DNA from: Deltaproteobacteria bacterium | GTDB lineage: Bacteria; Desulfobacterota; Deferrimicrobia; Deferrimicrobiales; Deferrimicrobiaceae | NCBI GenBank assembly: GCA_016219515.1 | Contig: JACRMU010000140.1 | Coordinates: 12,279 to 76,278 of the forward strand | Reading direction: 5' to 3' | Length of the DNA stretch: 64,000 nt | Shown: positions 1 to 9,575 of the stretch, in pieces | Layout: each line of letters begins with the position of its first letter | How positions within the stretch are numbered: position 1 is the stretch's first letter | Notes under the pieces: generated by a model | The model's database searches: none | Seen by the model: the letters and a program-made list of their open reading frames with translations, nothing else | What the model was told of the DNA's origin: nothing | Made by a program: the position numbers and the translations under genes

Positions 1-276
1 CTCGCCTCCCGCCCGAAGCTGCTGATGCTCGACGAACCCACCGCGGGGATGTCCCGGTTCGAGAGCCGGGAGACCGTCGCCCTTCTCCAAAAGATCTCCC
101 GGGAGCAGGGGCTGACCCTCGTTTTCACCGAGCACGACATGGACATCGTCTTCGGAATCTCGGAAAAGATCACGGTCCTCCAGCAGGGCGCCGTCATTGC
201 CGACGGGACGCCCGCGGAGATCAAGGCGAACCCCGAAGTGCGCAAGGCGTACCTCGGGGAGGAAATCGCGGAGTGA
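1..276 (+). CDS. livG: Branched-chain amino acid ABC transporter ATP-binding protein (LivG-like), 3' partial; gene starts upstream of window
   Basis: Frame-1 translation gives ...LLMLDEPTAGMSRFE...LTLVFTEHDMDIVFG..., i.e. ABC signature/Walker B/H-loop region with the LivG-type C-terminal tail (ANPEVRKAYLG). Directly followed by a LivF-like gene. Confidence 0.6.
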   Translation, partial: LASRPKLLMLDEPTAGMSRFESRETVALLQKISREQGLTLVFTEHDMDIVFGISEKITVLQQGAVIADGTPAEIKANPEVRKAYLGEEIAE

Positions 277-283
277 CGGGCCC

Positions 284-991
284 ATGGCGTTCCTCGAACT
301 GAATTCCATCAACACCTACTACGGGCGAAGCCACATCCTGTTCGACGTTTCGCTTTCCATCGAAAAAGGGGAAGTGGTGAGTCTCATCGGCCGCAACGGC
401 GCCGGGAAGAGCACCACGTTCCGCTCCATCATCGGGCTCACCCCGCCGCAGGCGGGAGAGGTGCTTTTCCGGGGGGAGCGCATATCGGGGCTGCGGGCCT
501 TCCGGATCTGCCGGAAGGGGATCGGCTTCGTGCCCGAAGACCGGCGGTGTTTTCCGGACCTGACGGTCCGGGAGAACCTGGAGGTGGCTGCCAGGAGGGA
601 GAAGGAAACCGCCGTCCCCTGGACGGTCGAGCGGATCTACGCCCTCTTCCCCCGTCTGCAGGAACGGGAGAAGAACCTGGGATCCCAGCTCTCCGGGGGG
701 GAGCAGCAGATGCTCACCATCGCGCGGACGCTGATGACCAACCCCGAGGTGCTGCTCCTCGACGAGCCGTCGGAAGGGCTGGCGCCTCTCGTCGTGTCCC
801 TGCTCGCAGACATGATCCTGCGGATCCGCAAGGAGGGCGTGACGGTGCTCCTGGCCGAGCAGAACCTCCACTTCTGCGCCAAGGTGTCGGACCGCGGATA
901 CGTGATCGACAAGGGCTCCGTGAAATACGAGGGGACGATGTCCGACCTTCTATCCAACGAGGAGGTCAAGGAGAAGTACCTTGCCGTGTGA
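284..991 (+). CDS. livF: Branched-chain amino acid ABC transporter ATP-binding protein (LivF-like), 235 aa
   Basis: ATG at 284 (MAFLELNSINTYYG). Walker A GRNGAGKST, signature LSGGEQQM, Walker B LLLDEP. Size and C-terminus (SNEEVKEKYLAV) typical of LivF. GC3-rich coding frame. Confidence 0.65.
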   Translation: MAFLELNSINTYYGRSHILFDVSLSIEKGEVVSLIGRNGAGKSTTFRSIIGLTPPQAGEVLFRGERISGLRAFRICRKGIGFVPEDRRCFPDLTVRENLEVAARREKETAVPWTVERIYALFPRLQEREKNLGSQLSGGEQQMLTIARTLMTNPEVLLLDEPSEGLAPLVVSLLADMILRIRKEGVTVLLAEQNLHFCAKVSDRGYVIDKGSVKYEGTMSDLLSNEEVKEKYLAV

Positions 992-1033
992 TCCCGGCGG
1001 ATACCCGGCCGCGGCCTCCCCGGGTTCCACCCG

Positions 1034-2344
1034 GTGAGCGATTTCCGGGCGTTCGCGGAAGCGGCGTTTTCCCTGCCGGGGATCTCCGAAAAGCCGGAGG
1101 CGCTTTCGGGAATCCGCGTGATCGAGCTCGCCACCCGGATCTTCGGGCCCGCCACCACGGACTACCTGGGAGAGTTCGGCGCCGAAGTCGTCAAGGTGGA
1201 GCTGCCGCTGCGGGGCGACCTGATGCGGTACGTCGCGCCGCAGGGGTTCTTCTGGAAGGAGGCGTCGCCCGCCTTCCTCCCCCTGAACCGGAACAAGCGC
1301 CACGTGACGATCGACGTGCGCCTGCCGGAGGGGAAGGAGCTGTTCACCCGGCTTGCGGAAACGTCGGACGTCGTCGTGGAAAACCTGCGCGCGGGGACGA
1401 TGGACGAGTGGGGGATCGGCTACCGGCAGCTTGCGGTGCGCAATCCGCGGCTGGTCTACGCCGCCAACTCCGGGTTCGGGCAGTGGGGTCCGTATTCCCG
1501 GGGACGCGCCTCGTACGACGCCACCGCCCAGGCCGTGTCGGGATTTTCCGCCATCACGGGATTCCCCGACCAGCCGCCGATCAAGGCGGGGTTCTGGGTC
1601 GGAGACTACACGGGCGCGCTCTTTTCGGCCATTTCGATCCTTGCCGCGCTCTTCGCGAGGCGGCGGACCGGCGAAGGGCAGATGATCGACATCTCGCAGG
1701 CAGAGGCGATGATCCGCACGCTGGACTGGACGTGGCCCTACGCGGGGATCGCCGGGCGGGACCGGCGGCGGGAGGGGAACCGGGACGTTATGCTTCCTCC
1801 CTCGGGCATCTACCGGTGCGCCGACGGATTCACGGCCATCTCGGCGCGGGACGGCGAGGAGCGGGCCGCCCTTGCCCGGGTTCTTTCCGGCGGTCCGGAC
1901 GGGGACGGGAAGGCATTGACCCCGGACCGGGTCGCCGCTTTCGCGGCGGCAAGGACGCGCGAGGAGATTCTCCGGATTTCCGAGGAGGCGGGCTTCTCCG
2001 CCGCGCCGGTCGTGGGAGGGCGCGATCAGTACCACGATCCTCACCTGCGCGCCCGCGGGACGGTGTGGGAGCTCGACGATCCCTTGTACGGCCGGATCGA
2101 CGAGTTCGGGCCGTGCCCGAAGCTGTCGGAGAGCCCCGGCCGGATCAAGTGGACCGCGAAACCGGTCGGTTACCACAACGAGCAGGTGCTCGGAGGGATG
2201 CTTGGCCTCTCTCCGGAGGAGATGGAGGAGCTTTCGCGGAAAAAGGTCATCGGCACGTGGGCCGACGTCCCCGGGGCGAGGCCGCCCGGACCGGAGCGGG
2301 AGAAACCGGCGGCGAAGCCGGGTACCGGGACCGCCCCGCGATGA
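1034..2344 (+). CDS. CoA-transferase family III (CaiB/BaiF-type) protein, 436 aa
   Basis: GTG start. N-terminus LSGIRVIELATRIFGPATTDYLGEFGAEVVKVE is the classic family-III CoA-transferase Rossmann-like opening. Stop overlaps the next gene's ATG (ATGA). Confidence 0.7.
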   Translation: MSDFRAFAEAAFSLPGISEKPEALSGIRVIELATRIFGPATTDYLGEFGAEVVKVELPLRGDLMRYVAPQGFFWKEASPAFLPLNRNKRHVTIDVRLPEGKELFTRLAETSDVVVENLRAGTMDEWGIGYRQLAVRNPRLVYAANSGFGQWGPYSRGRASYDATAQAVSGFSAITGFPDQPPIKAGFWVGDYTGALFSAISILAALFARRRTGEGQMIDISQAEAMIRTLDWTWPYAGIAGRDRRREGNRDVMLPPSGIYRCADGFTAISARDGEERAALARVLSGGPDGDGKALTPDRVAAFAAARTREEILRISEEAGFSAAPVVGGRDQYHDPHLRARGTVWELDDPLYGRIDEFGPCPKLSESPGRIKWTAKPVGYHNEQVLGGMLGLSPEEMEELSRKKVIGTWADVPGARPPGPEREKPAAKPGTGTAPR

Positions 2345-3657
2345 GCGACTTCACCGGCTGGGCGAGGAATGCGACGGATCCGGCGCGGGCCGCTTCGAAG
2401 CCGGAAGCGCTCCCGGGCCTGCGGGTGCTGGAAGTCTGCCCGGGCCATTTCGGAGGGATGGTGGCGGCGTCGATGCTGGGGGAGTTCGGCGCCGAGGTGA
2501 TCAAGGTGGAGCCGCCCGGTGGAGACCCGGCGCGAACGTACGCCCCCGAGGGGATCTCCATCGGCGGGACCGGCCTTCCCTTCCTCTCCGAGGCGCGCAA
2601 CCGCAGGTTTGCAACCCTTTCGCTGGACAGCGAGGAGGGCAGGGGGATCTTCCGCGCGCTGGCGATGGCGGCGGACGTGATCGTGACTTCCGAAAGCGCC
2701 GCCGGAATGGAAACGATGGGGATCGGTTACACGGCGCTGTCGGCCGAAAACCCGGGACTGGTCTTCCTCTCCCTTTCCACGTACGGGTCGTTCGGTCCCG
2801 ACGCGAGCCGGCGGGTGAAAGACTCCGATATCCTCTGCCAGGCCCTTTCGGGGGCTCCCCACATCGTCGGCGAGCCCGAGGGGGCGGGCCCGCCCAAGCC
2901 GCACGAGGCGCCGACCCGGCTCGGGAACTGGCACGGATGGTTCGTCGAAGGGTTGTGGGGCGCTTTCGGCGTGCTCGCCGCCCTGAACTTCCGGGAGGCG
3001 ACGGGGAAAGGACAGTTCGTCGACGTTTCCGGCGCGGAAGCGCTGATGAAGTTCGCCGACTACAACATCACGTGGATGCACACCGCGGGGCGGGCGCGCG
3101 AAAGGGTCGGCAACTTCGACCCGGCGGTATTCCCCTACACCTATATCCGGTGCAGGGACGGCCACACGTTCATGGCGGCGTACAACGACGAGGCGTTCGA
3201 GTCGCTCATGACCATCATCGGGCGGCCGGAGCTGGTGAAGGATCCCCGGTTCGCAGCCCCTTCCCTCCGCGTCCGGATGGAGAACGAGAAGGCGCTCCTC
3301 TCCATCCTTGAGGAGTGGTCGGGGAACCTGACCGCCGACGAGATCCTGAAGGCGGTGGAGGACTATACGTCGAAGAAGAGCGGCCCGGGCGCCGCGGTGG
3401 TGACGGGACGGGTCAACCGCCCGCTGGAGACCCTCTCCGAGGCAAACTGGCGCGAGCGGGGCTGTTTCGCCAACGTCGCCGATCCCGTGTACGGCGACCT
3501 TCTCCTGGCCGCGCCCCCTTGGAAGATGACCGGCACTCCCGCCCGCATCAAGTCCGTCTGCCGCCCCGCGGGCGCGGACAACCGGGAGATCTATTGCGGG
3601 CTCCTCGGCTTGTCCCCCGCCGAGGTCGATTCCCTTTCGAAACGCGGGATCATATAA
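2341..3657 (+). CDS. CoA-transferase family III paralog, 438 aa
   Basis: ATG 2341 (MSDFTGWARN...LPGLRVLEVCPGHFGGMVAASMLGEFGAEVIKVEPPGGDP). Paralogous to the upstream gene and translationally coupled to it. Embedded in a long read-through ORF (547..3657) whose upstream part is non-coding by GC3. Confidence 0.7.
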   Translation: MSDFTGWARNATDPARAASKPEALPGLRVLEVCPGHFGGMVAASMLGEFGAEVIKVEPPGGDPARTYAPEGISIGGTGLPFLSEARNRRFATLSLDSEEGRGIFRALAMAADVIVTSESAAGMETMGIGYTALSAENPGLVFLSLSTYGSFGPDASRRVKDSDILCQALSGAPHIVGEPEGAGPPKPHEAPTRLGNWHGWFVEGLWGAFGVLAALNFREATGKGQFVDVSGAEALMKFADYNITWMHTAGRARERVGNFDPAVFPYTYIRCRDGHTFMAAYNDEAFESLMTIIGRPELVKDPRFAAPSLRVRMENEKALLSILEEWSGNLTADEILKAVEDYTSKKSGPGAAVVTGRVNRPLETLSEANWRERGCFANVADPVYGDLLLAAPPWKMTGTPARIKSVCRPAGADNREIYCGLLGLSPAEVDSLSKRGII

Positions 3658-3962
3658 CCGGAAGGCGCTGCGCCTCCGGCCGCTCTCCTCCGCGCCAATC
3701 GAAAATCCCCCGGGACGGAGGTGGGAGTCCCGGGGGATCTTCAGCCGCCCGCGAAATCATTGGAGGGGAGGTGCGGGCGGTTCCGCCTTCTCGGGGAGAG
3801 AAGGCCGCAAACTCTTGGCGTTCCCCTGCCTTATAATCTTTATCGTCCGTTTTTTCGAGAAACTTTACGAAAAAGAGGGGCGGCGTAAGGTGCGATTGGA
3901 GAAATTTCGCCGTCGCTGGTAGACTCTTTCCGCGTAGCCCATCGTCTACCGCGGAGGGATTC

Positions 3963-5960
3963 TTGGAGTTTCCCGCCATCCTGCGAGACCTGGCCGTCGT
4001 CATGGCGATCGCCACTGCGGTTGCGCTCCTCTTCAGCAAGCTTCGCCTCTCCGTGATCCCTGCGTTCCTCGTGGCCGGCGCGATCATGGGGCCGACCGGC
4101 GCGGGGCTGGTCGCCGAGAGGGGGATGGTCGAGGCGCTGGCCGAGATCGGCGTCGCGCTCTTCCTCTTCACGGTCGGTCTCGAGATCTCGGTATCCAGCC
4201 TGGGAAAGATGCGGCGGAGGGTGCTGTGGGCCGGCGGGGCGCAGGTGGGCGCGACGATCCTGCTTTCCCTCGTGGTAATGATGCTCTCGGGGATGCCGGT
4301 ACCGGAGGGAATCCTTGTCGGGTTCATCCTCTCCCTTTCCAGCACGGCGATCGTCCTGAAGGTGTACGCAGACCGGATGGAGAGCGACACCAGCCAGGGG
4401 CAGATCTCGTTCGGGATCCTCCTGTTCCAGGACATGGTGGCGATCCCGATGATGCTTTTGATCCCGACCCTGCACCAGTGGGAGGCGGCGTCGGCCTCCG
4501 CGGTATTCGTCACCTTGGCGAAGGCCGCGGCCGGCGTCACGGGTCTCCTATTGCTGGCGAGGTTCCTCATACCCCGGCTTCTCAAGGAAACCATCCGGAT
4601 GAACAGCCGGGAGATCCTGGCGATGACGGTTCTCCTCGTGGTCCTGGGGACCGCGTACCTCGCCCACAGGTTCGGGCTCTCTCTTGGAATGGGGGCTTTC
4701 CTGGCGGGGATGGTGATCTCGGAGTCGGACTACGTGCACGAGATCGCGGCGCAGATCCTCCCGTTCCGGGACGTTTTCAACGGGGTATCCTACATCTCCG
4801 TGGGGATGCTCCTGCACCTGCCGTTCCTCTTCCAGAACCTCCCGCTGGTGCTCGTCATGGTGGCCGGGGTCGCCCTCATCAAGGCGGTCTCCGCCGGGTG
4901 GACGATCCGCGTCTTGGGATACCCATGGAGAGTGGCCGTCGTCACCGGTATCGGGCTGATCCAGATCGGGGAGTTCTCCTTCCTCCTGCTCTCCCAGGGA
5001 TACCGGGAGCATCTCGTCGATCCGACCCAGTATCAGTTCCTTCTGGCCATCACCGTCCTGACGATGATGGCGACCCCCTTTCTGATGGGCGTGGCCCCGG
5101 CAATCGCGAAGCGATGGGAACAGCTGGTCGTGCGCGGCACCGAGTTCCCGGAAACGGGCGAGGAGGCCGCCATCCGGAAGACCGGGCTGGAAAACCACGT
5201 CATCGTCGCCGGGTACGGGATGAACGGGAAAAACCTCGCCCGCGTGCTCAAGGCGACGCGGCTGCCGTACGCGGTCGTGGACCTGAACGACGTCCAGGTG
5301 CGCGAGGGGAGAGCCGCCGGGGAGCCGATGTTCTACGGCGACGTCCACCGCCCGGAGATCCTCGACCGGCTGGGGATCGCGCACGCCCGGATCCTGGTGC
5401 TCGCCATCTCGGACCCGATGGCCACCCGCAGGGCGGTGGCGATCGCCCGGAGGAGCAATCCCGGCATCTTCATCCTGGTGCGGACGCGGCTGGTGGCGGA
5501 CGTGGACGACCTGATCGCCCTCGGGGCCAACGCCGTGATCCCGGAGGAGTTCGAGACCTCCGTGGAGATCTTCGCGCGGGTCCTTGGCGAATATCACGTT
5601 CCCGACCACGTGATCCGCCAGCAGGAGGGGCTGATCCGGAGCGGCACCTACCGGATCCTGCGCGAGCGGGGGACCGCCAGCAGCACCTCCGTGCTGACGG
5701 AGTTCGAGGAGTTCCTCCGCAGGAAGGTGATCGAGATCTACTTCGTCTCGCAGGGGGCCGGCTGGGTGGGGAAGACGGTGGGAGATCTCCCCGTGGGGAA
5801 AGACACGGGGATCGTCCTGCTGGCGATCCTGCGCGGGGAGCGGGCGCTCCTCCAGCCGGCGCCTTCGGAGCCGCTGGCGGCGGGGGACAAGATCGTCCTC
5901 TTCGGGGGGCATGCCCCGCTGGCGGCCGCCCTGTCGAGCCTGGCGCACCCTCCTCGCTGA
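3963..5960 (+). CDS. Monovalent cation:proton antiporter-2 (CPA2, KefB/KefC-like) with C-terminal RCK/TrkA-N and TrkA-C domains, 665 aa
   Basis: TTG start. About 12 predicted TM helices (MAIATAVALLFSKL..., GFILSLSSTAIVLKV...) followed by NAD-binding GYGMNG motif (VIVAGYGMNGKNLARVL) and TrkA-C-like tail. Confidence 0.7.
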   Translation: MEFPAILRDLAVVMAIATAVALLFSKLRLSVIPAFLVAGAIMGPTGAGLVAERGMVEALAEIGVALFLFTVGLEISVSSLGKMRRRVLWAGGAQVGATILLSLVVMMLSGMPVPEGILVGFILSLSSTAIVLKVYADRMESDTSQGQISFGILLFQDMVAIPMMLLIPTLHQWEAASASAVFVTLAKAAAGVTGLLLLARFLIPRLLKETIRMNSREILAMTVLLVVLGTAYLAHRFGLSLGMGAFLAGMVISESDYVHEIAAQILPFRDVFNGVSYISVGMLLHLPFLFQNLPLVLVMVAGVALIKAVSAGWTIRVLGYPWRVAVVTGIGLIQIGEFSFLLLSQGYREHLVDPTQYQFLLAITVLTMMATPFLMGVAPAIAKRWEQLVVRGTEFPETGEEAAIRKTGLENHVIVAGYGMNGKNLARVLKATRLPYAVVDLNDVQVREGRAAGEPMFYGDVHRPEILDRLGIAHARILVLAISDPMATRRAVAIARRSNPGIFILVRTRLVADVDDLIALGANAVIPEEFETSVEIFARVLGEYHVPDHVIRQQEGLIRSGTYRILRERGTASSTSVLTEFEEFLRRKVIEIYFVSQGAGWVGKTVGDLPVGKDTGIVLLAILRGERALLQPAPSEPLAAGDKIVLFGGHAPLAAALSSLAHPPR

Positions 5961-6045
5961 CCGCCGGCGGGAGTTCTGTTCGCTCCCGGCGATCAATGGT
6001 AAGATCGACAATAAATCTCGACATCCTGCCGGGGAGGATCTTCCG

Positions 6046-7081
6046 ATGAGTCCTGTCCAGGTCGATCTCGCAAGCTACGAGCGTGCGCTCCGCCGGTATT
6101 TCGGGATTTCCGCCGCCGAGCGGAAGACGAAGGACCGGGAGAAGATCCTCAAGGTCCTGGGGATCGAGAACCCCCAGGAGTTCCTGGGGATGCACATCCC
6201 CCTCTGGGAAGCGAAGATCGACGAGCTGCTCGATCCGACGAGCACGGACATGCTTCTGGGTCCGCGGGGCGATCCGGATGATGCCGGATTCCGCGCGCGT
6301 GAAGATCTTCAGCTCCAAGCTCAAGGCGACGGGCCTGAAGAAATCGATCCTGCTGCTCCTTTCCCGCATGGGCAGGAACGCGGCGCGCGATTTCGAGGTC
6401 GTCCACGTGGAGCTCGTGGAAAAGGTGCACAAGGACACGCTGTTCACCGTGAAGGACGGCGCAGGCCGGAAGCACCGGATCTACCTCTCCCGGTTCGGCT
6501 GCATCGGCGAGTACATCTACGCCGGGCTGCCCGGGCTGGTCGGCCTGCCCGCCCTGCCCGTGGTGTACCACCAGAGCCCCCAGGGGGAGGAGGTGCTCCT
6601 GAAGCCGAAGGAGGAAGGGATCAACATCTACCTGGACGAGGAAGTCCCCGCGTCCCTGATCCTCAAGGAAAGCGGCTGGTGGGTGGACGGGGCCGCGCGG
6701 CAGGATGCCCTGGGCGACTGCCTGGGGACGGCGCTGCGGTACGGCCACTACGTGGCCGCTCCCGGGAAACAGGTCGTGATGATCGACAACATCGAGCTGT
6801 TCCACCTGGAAGAGGAGGATGTCCGCATCTTCGAGCCGATCTACGAGTTCCTCCCGAAGAGGGCGTACCCGGAGGACGGCGCGAAGCGCACGGCGCTCCA
6901 GAACCGGATGCAGAAGGCGTACGACCAGGCCTACAAGGACCAGATGAAGATCATCGCCGGGGAGTGGGGGGAGATCGAGCGGTACCTGATCGAGATGCGG
7001 CGCCACGTCCGCACGTACACGGGGGAGGTCTTCGAGACCGTCCTGGCCAAGGTAAAGGCCCGGGTGTTCGGGCAGCGATGA
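6046..7081 (+). pseudogene. Hypothetical protein gene with an apparent +1 frameshift near 6255-6275 (GGGG run): frame 1 (6046..about 6270) continues in frame 2 (about 6272..7081)
   Basis: Strong SD (GGGAGG) then ATG 6046 (MSPVQVDLASYERALRRYFGISAAERKTKDREKILKVLGIENPQEFLGMHIPLWEAKIDELLDPTSTDMLLG). Frame 1 has no stop for 3.4 kb but loses GC3 bias after about 6290, while frame 2 gains it (RGAIRMMPDSARVKIFSSKLKATG...KARVFGQR*, stop 7079-7081). Deleting one G in cgcggggcgat joins the two frames cleanly. Confidence 0.4.
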
Positions 7082-9477
7082 CCCGGGGGACGACGGCGCC
7101 CCCGCCGCGCATTCGCGTGAAAGCGGCGGTGTTTCTCGCCGCCTCCGCGATGATTCTTTGCTCCTGCTCCTCGTTCTTCCAGGGAAGCGTTCCGCAGCGG
7201 GACGGCACGCTGGCCGTGCCGGGGCTTTCCTCCTCCGTGGAGATCGTCCGGGACCGGTACGGCATCCCCCATATCACGGCGCAGAACGACCACGACCTCT
7301 ACTTTGCGCAGGGATTCGCGCACGCGCAGGACCGGCTCTTCCAGATGGACACGGAGCGTCGCCTGGCCCGGGGCGAGCTGTCGGAAATCTTCGGAGAGAA
7401 AGCCCTTCCCGCCGACCGGCTCTTCCGTCATCTCGGGCTCGCCGCCCGGGCCCCCGCCCTGTTCGCCTCCTGGCCGAGGAAGACCCAGGAGATCGTTCGG
7501 GCGTATTGCGACGGGGTCAACGCCTCCATGGCCGCCCTGCGCGCCTGGCCCGTGGAGTTCCGCATCCTGGGGGTCGCCCCCCGCCGTTTCGCCCCCGAAG
7601 ACGTGGCCGCCGGGATCCTTCTCAAGTCGTTCGGGCTGGCGCAGTGGGCGGAGGAAGCCGCCTTGTACAAGATGTCGCTGCGCCTTCCCGCGGCCAAGTT
7701 CGAGGAGCTCGTTCCGAGGGTGCCCTCCGATGCGCCGGTGATACAGTCCGTTTGGGGACCTGCGGCGCTCCGCCCCGCGCCTCCTTCCGTCCTCCTGGAA
7801 GGGCTTGCTTCCCTCCGGCAGACGATGGGGGAGATCCCCCGCTCCGGCGGGTCGAACGCCTGGGCGGTCTCGGGGGGGAAAAGCGCCACCGGCCGGCCGA
7901 TCCTGGCGAGCGATCCCCACCTGATGCTCCCCTGTCCCTCGCTCTGGTACGAGGTGCACCTCACGGCTCCCGGCGTGGACGTCTACGGCGTCTCTTTCCC
8001 CGGCGCCCCCGGCGTGGTGATCGGCCACAACCCGAAGATCGCCTGGGGGTTCACCAACGCGATGCTGGACGACGCGGACTTCTTCGTGGAAAAGGTGGAC
8101 GGGGAGAGCGTGATGTCCCGGAAGAAGTGGGTCCCGCTGTCGCGCCGCGTGGAAACGATCCGGATCAAGGGAGGAAAGGAAGAGGCCCTCACGGTGCGGG
8201 AGACGCCGCACGGACCGATCCTCTCGCCGGTGCTCCCGGGAATTTCGTCCGCCCTGGCGTTCCACTGGGTGGGATACGACGGGGGAGATCCGGTGGGTGC
8301 CCTGTACGCCCTGAACCGCGCGCGGAACCGGGAGGAGTTCCTCGCGGCGGCTTCCTTGTTTCCCCACCCCGCGCAGAACGTCGTCTATGCCGACGTAGCG
8401 GGCAACATCGGCGTGGTGATGGCGGGCAGGATTCCCGTGCGCAAGGGGGGGGACCGGCTCTTCCCCGTTCCGGGCGACACGGGGGAGTGGGACTGGAAGG
8501 GGTTCGTCCCGTTTTCCGAAAATCCGAAGGCGTGGAACCCACCGGAAGGGCTCGTCGTCGCGGCCAACTTCCCCCCCGCGGGAAAGGGGTACCGGCATTA
8601 CCTCTCCCGGCTCTATGAGCCGCCCGACCGGGGGAAGCGGCTCCTCCGCCTTCTCCGGGAAAAGGAAAAGTTCACGGCGGAAGCGTTCGAGCGGATGCAG
8701 AACGACGTTCTCCTGCCGGAGGCGGCGGACGCGGTTTCGCTGGCGATCCAGGTGGCGAAGAAGCGGGAGGCGGAGTCCCCGGCGTTCCGCGAGGCGGGGA
8801 AAATCCTGGCGGGGTGGGACCTTTCCGCGGGGGCGGACAGCCAGGGGGCGCTCCTCTACGAAGTCTTCTACGAAAAGCTGATCGAAGGCCTGTTCCGGGA
8901 CGGCCTGGGAGACGATCTCTACGAGGATTTCACCCGCTCCTCGCGCCTGGCGTGGAACGCGATGGACCGCGCGATCGAGCGGGGGGACTCGGCGTTTCTT
9001 GAAAATGCGGCGACCGGGAGGAAGGATTCCCTCGAGGACGTCGTGGCGCGCGCCCTCCTTTCGGCGATGTCGTTTTTAAAGGAACGGCTGGGCGGCGTCG
9101 AATCGACCTGGACGTGGGGCCGCCTCCACCGGGTCACCTTCGAGCATCCGTTCGGGAAGTCCAGGTACCTCGAGCGGTGGTTCAACATCGGCCCCTACCC
9201 CATGCCGGGCGACGGAAGGACCGTCTTCAAGCAGGAGTTCCGCCGCGGGACGGACTTCTCGGTTGCGGTGGGGCCGTCGATGCGCCAGGTGGTCCCCCTG
9301 GGGTTCCGTTCGATGGCCCGCTCCGTGGTCACGACCGGGGCCTCGGGCCACTTCTTCGAACGCCACTACCGGGACCAGAACGCTCTCTGGCGGGAGGGGA
9401 AGACCCACCCCGCGTGGACGGACCGGGAAGACATCGGTGCGAACTCGGAGTCCCGCCTCACCCTCACGCCGAAATAA
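7078..9477 (+). CDS. Penicillin amidase / acyl-homoserine-lactone acylase family protein (Ntn hydrolase, peptidase S45), 799 aa, secreted or lipoprotein
   Basis: ATG 7078 overlapping the previous stop. Signal peptide with Cys-rich end (AAVFLAASAMILCSCSS). Motifs GIPHITAQNDHDLYFAQGFAHAQDRLFQMD and the autoprocessing site/nucleophile GGSNAWAVSG are typical of the penicillin acylase family. Confidence 0.75.
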   Translation: MTRGTTAPPPRIRVKAAVFLAASAMILCSCSSFFQGSVPQRDGTLAVPGLSSSVEIVRDRYGIPHITAQNDHDLYFAQGFAHAQDRLFQMDTERRLARGELSEIFGEKALPADRLFRHLGLAARAPALFASWPRKTQEIVRAYCDGVNASMAALRAWPVEFRILGVAPRRFAPEDVAAGILLKSFGLAQWAEEAALYKMSLRLPAAKFEELVPRVPSDAPVIQSVWGPAALRPAPPSVLLEGLASLRQTMGEIPRSGGSNAWAVSGGKSATGRPILASDPHLMLPCPSLWYEVHLTAPGVDVYGVSFPGAPGVVIGHNPKIAWGFTNAMLDDADFFVEKVDGESVMSRKKWVPLSRRVETIRIKGGKEEALTVRETPHGPILSPVLPGISSALAFHWVGYDGGDPVGALYALNRARNREEFLAAASLFPHPAQNVVYADVAGNIGVVMAGRIPVRKGGDRLFPVPGDTGEWDWKGFVPFSENPKAWNPPEGLVVAANFPPAGKGYRHYLSRLYEPPDRGKRLLRLLREKEKFTAEAFERMQNDVLLPEAADAVSLAIQVAKKREAESPAFREAGKILAGWDLSAGADSQGALLYEVFYEKLIEGLFRDGLGDDLYEDFTRSSRLAWNAMDRAIERGDSAFLENAATGRKDSLEDVVARALLSAMSFLKERLGGVESTWTWGRLHRVTFEHPFGKSRYLERWFNIGPYPMPGDGRTVFKQEFRRGTDFSVAVGPSMRQVVPLGFRSMARSVVTTGASGHFFERHYRDQNALWREGKTHPAWTDREDIGANSESRLTLTPK

Positions 9478-9505
9478 CCCGGCGACATCGGAACCGTGAC
9501 GTTAT

Positions 9506-9522
9506 CGCCCCGCGCCGGGGCG
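9506..9522. terminator. GC-rich hairpin (cgccccg-cgc-cggggcg) between the convergent acylase and narK genes; possible bidirectional terminator
   Basis: Perfect 7-bp inverted repeat in the 98-bp convergent intergenic region. No strong T-tract, so weak call. Confidence 0.25.
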
Positions 9523-9575
9523 CTCGATGCCAGGCATTCGTGTGCCTCGCGACAAACCCTGGCGAGAAAAGCGGG

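Noticed and set aside
547-3657. 1036-aa ORF spanning LivF, both CoA-transferase genes and more
   Set aside because: Only the last 438 codons (from ATG 2341) have protein-like sequence and GC3 bias. The rest is stop-free read-through typical of high-GC DNA.
3916-3957. Imperfect inverted repeat (ggtagac...gtctacc / ccgcgtag...ctaccgcgg) upstream of the KefB-like gene
   Set aside because: Imperfect, no flanking conserved riboswitch features recognisable by eye. Could be an operator, but evidence is too thin to call.
4226-6049. 607-aa ORF (+) and 487-aa ORF (-) overlapping the KefB-like gene
   Set aside because: Alternative or antisense frames of a clearly coding membrane-transporter gene. Arg/Gly/Pro-rich nonsense.
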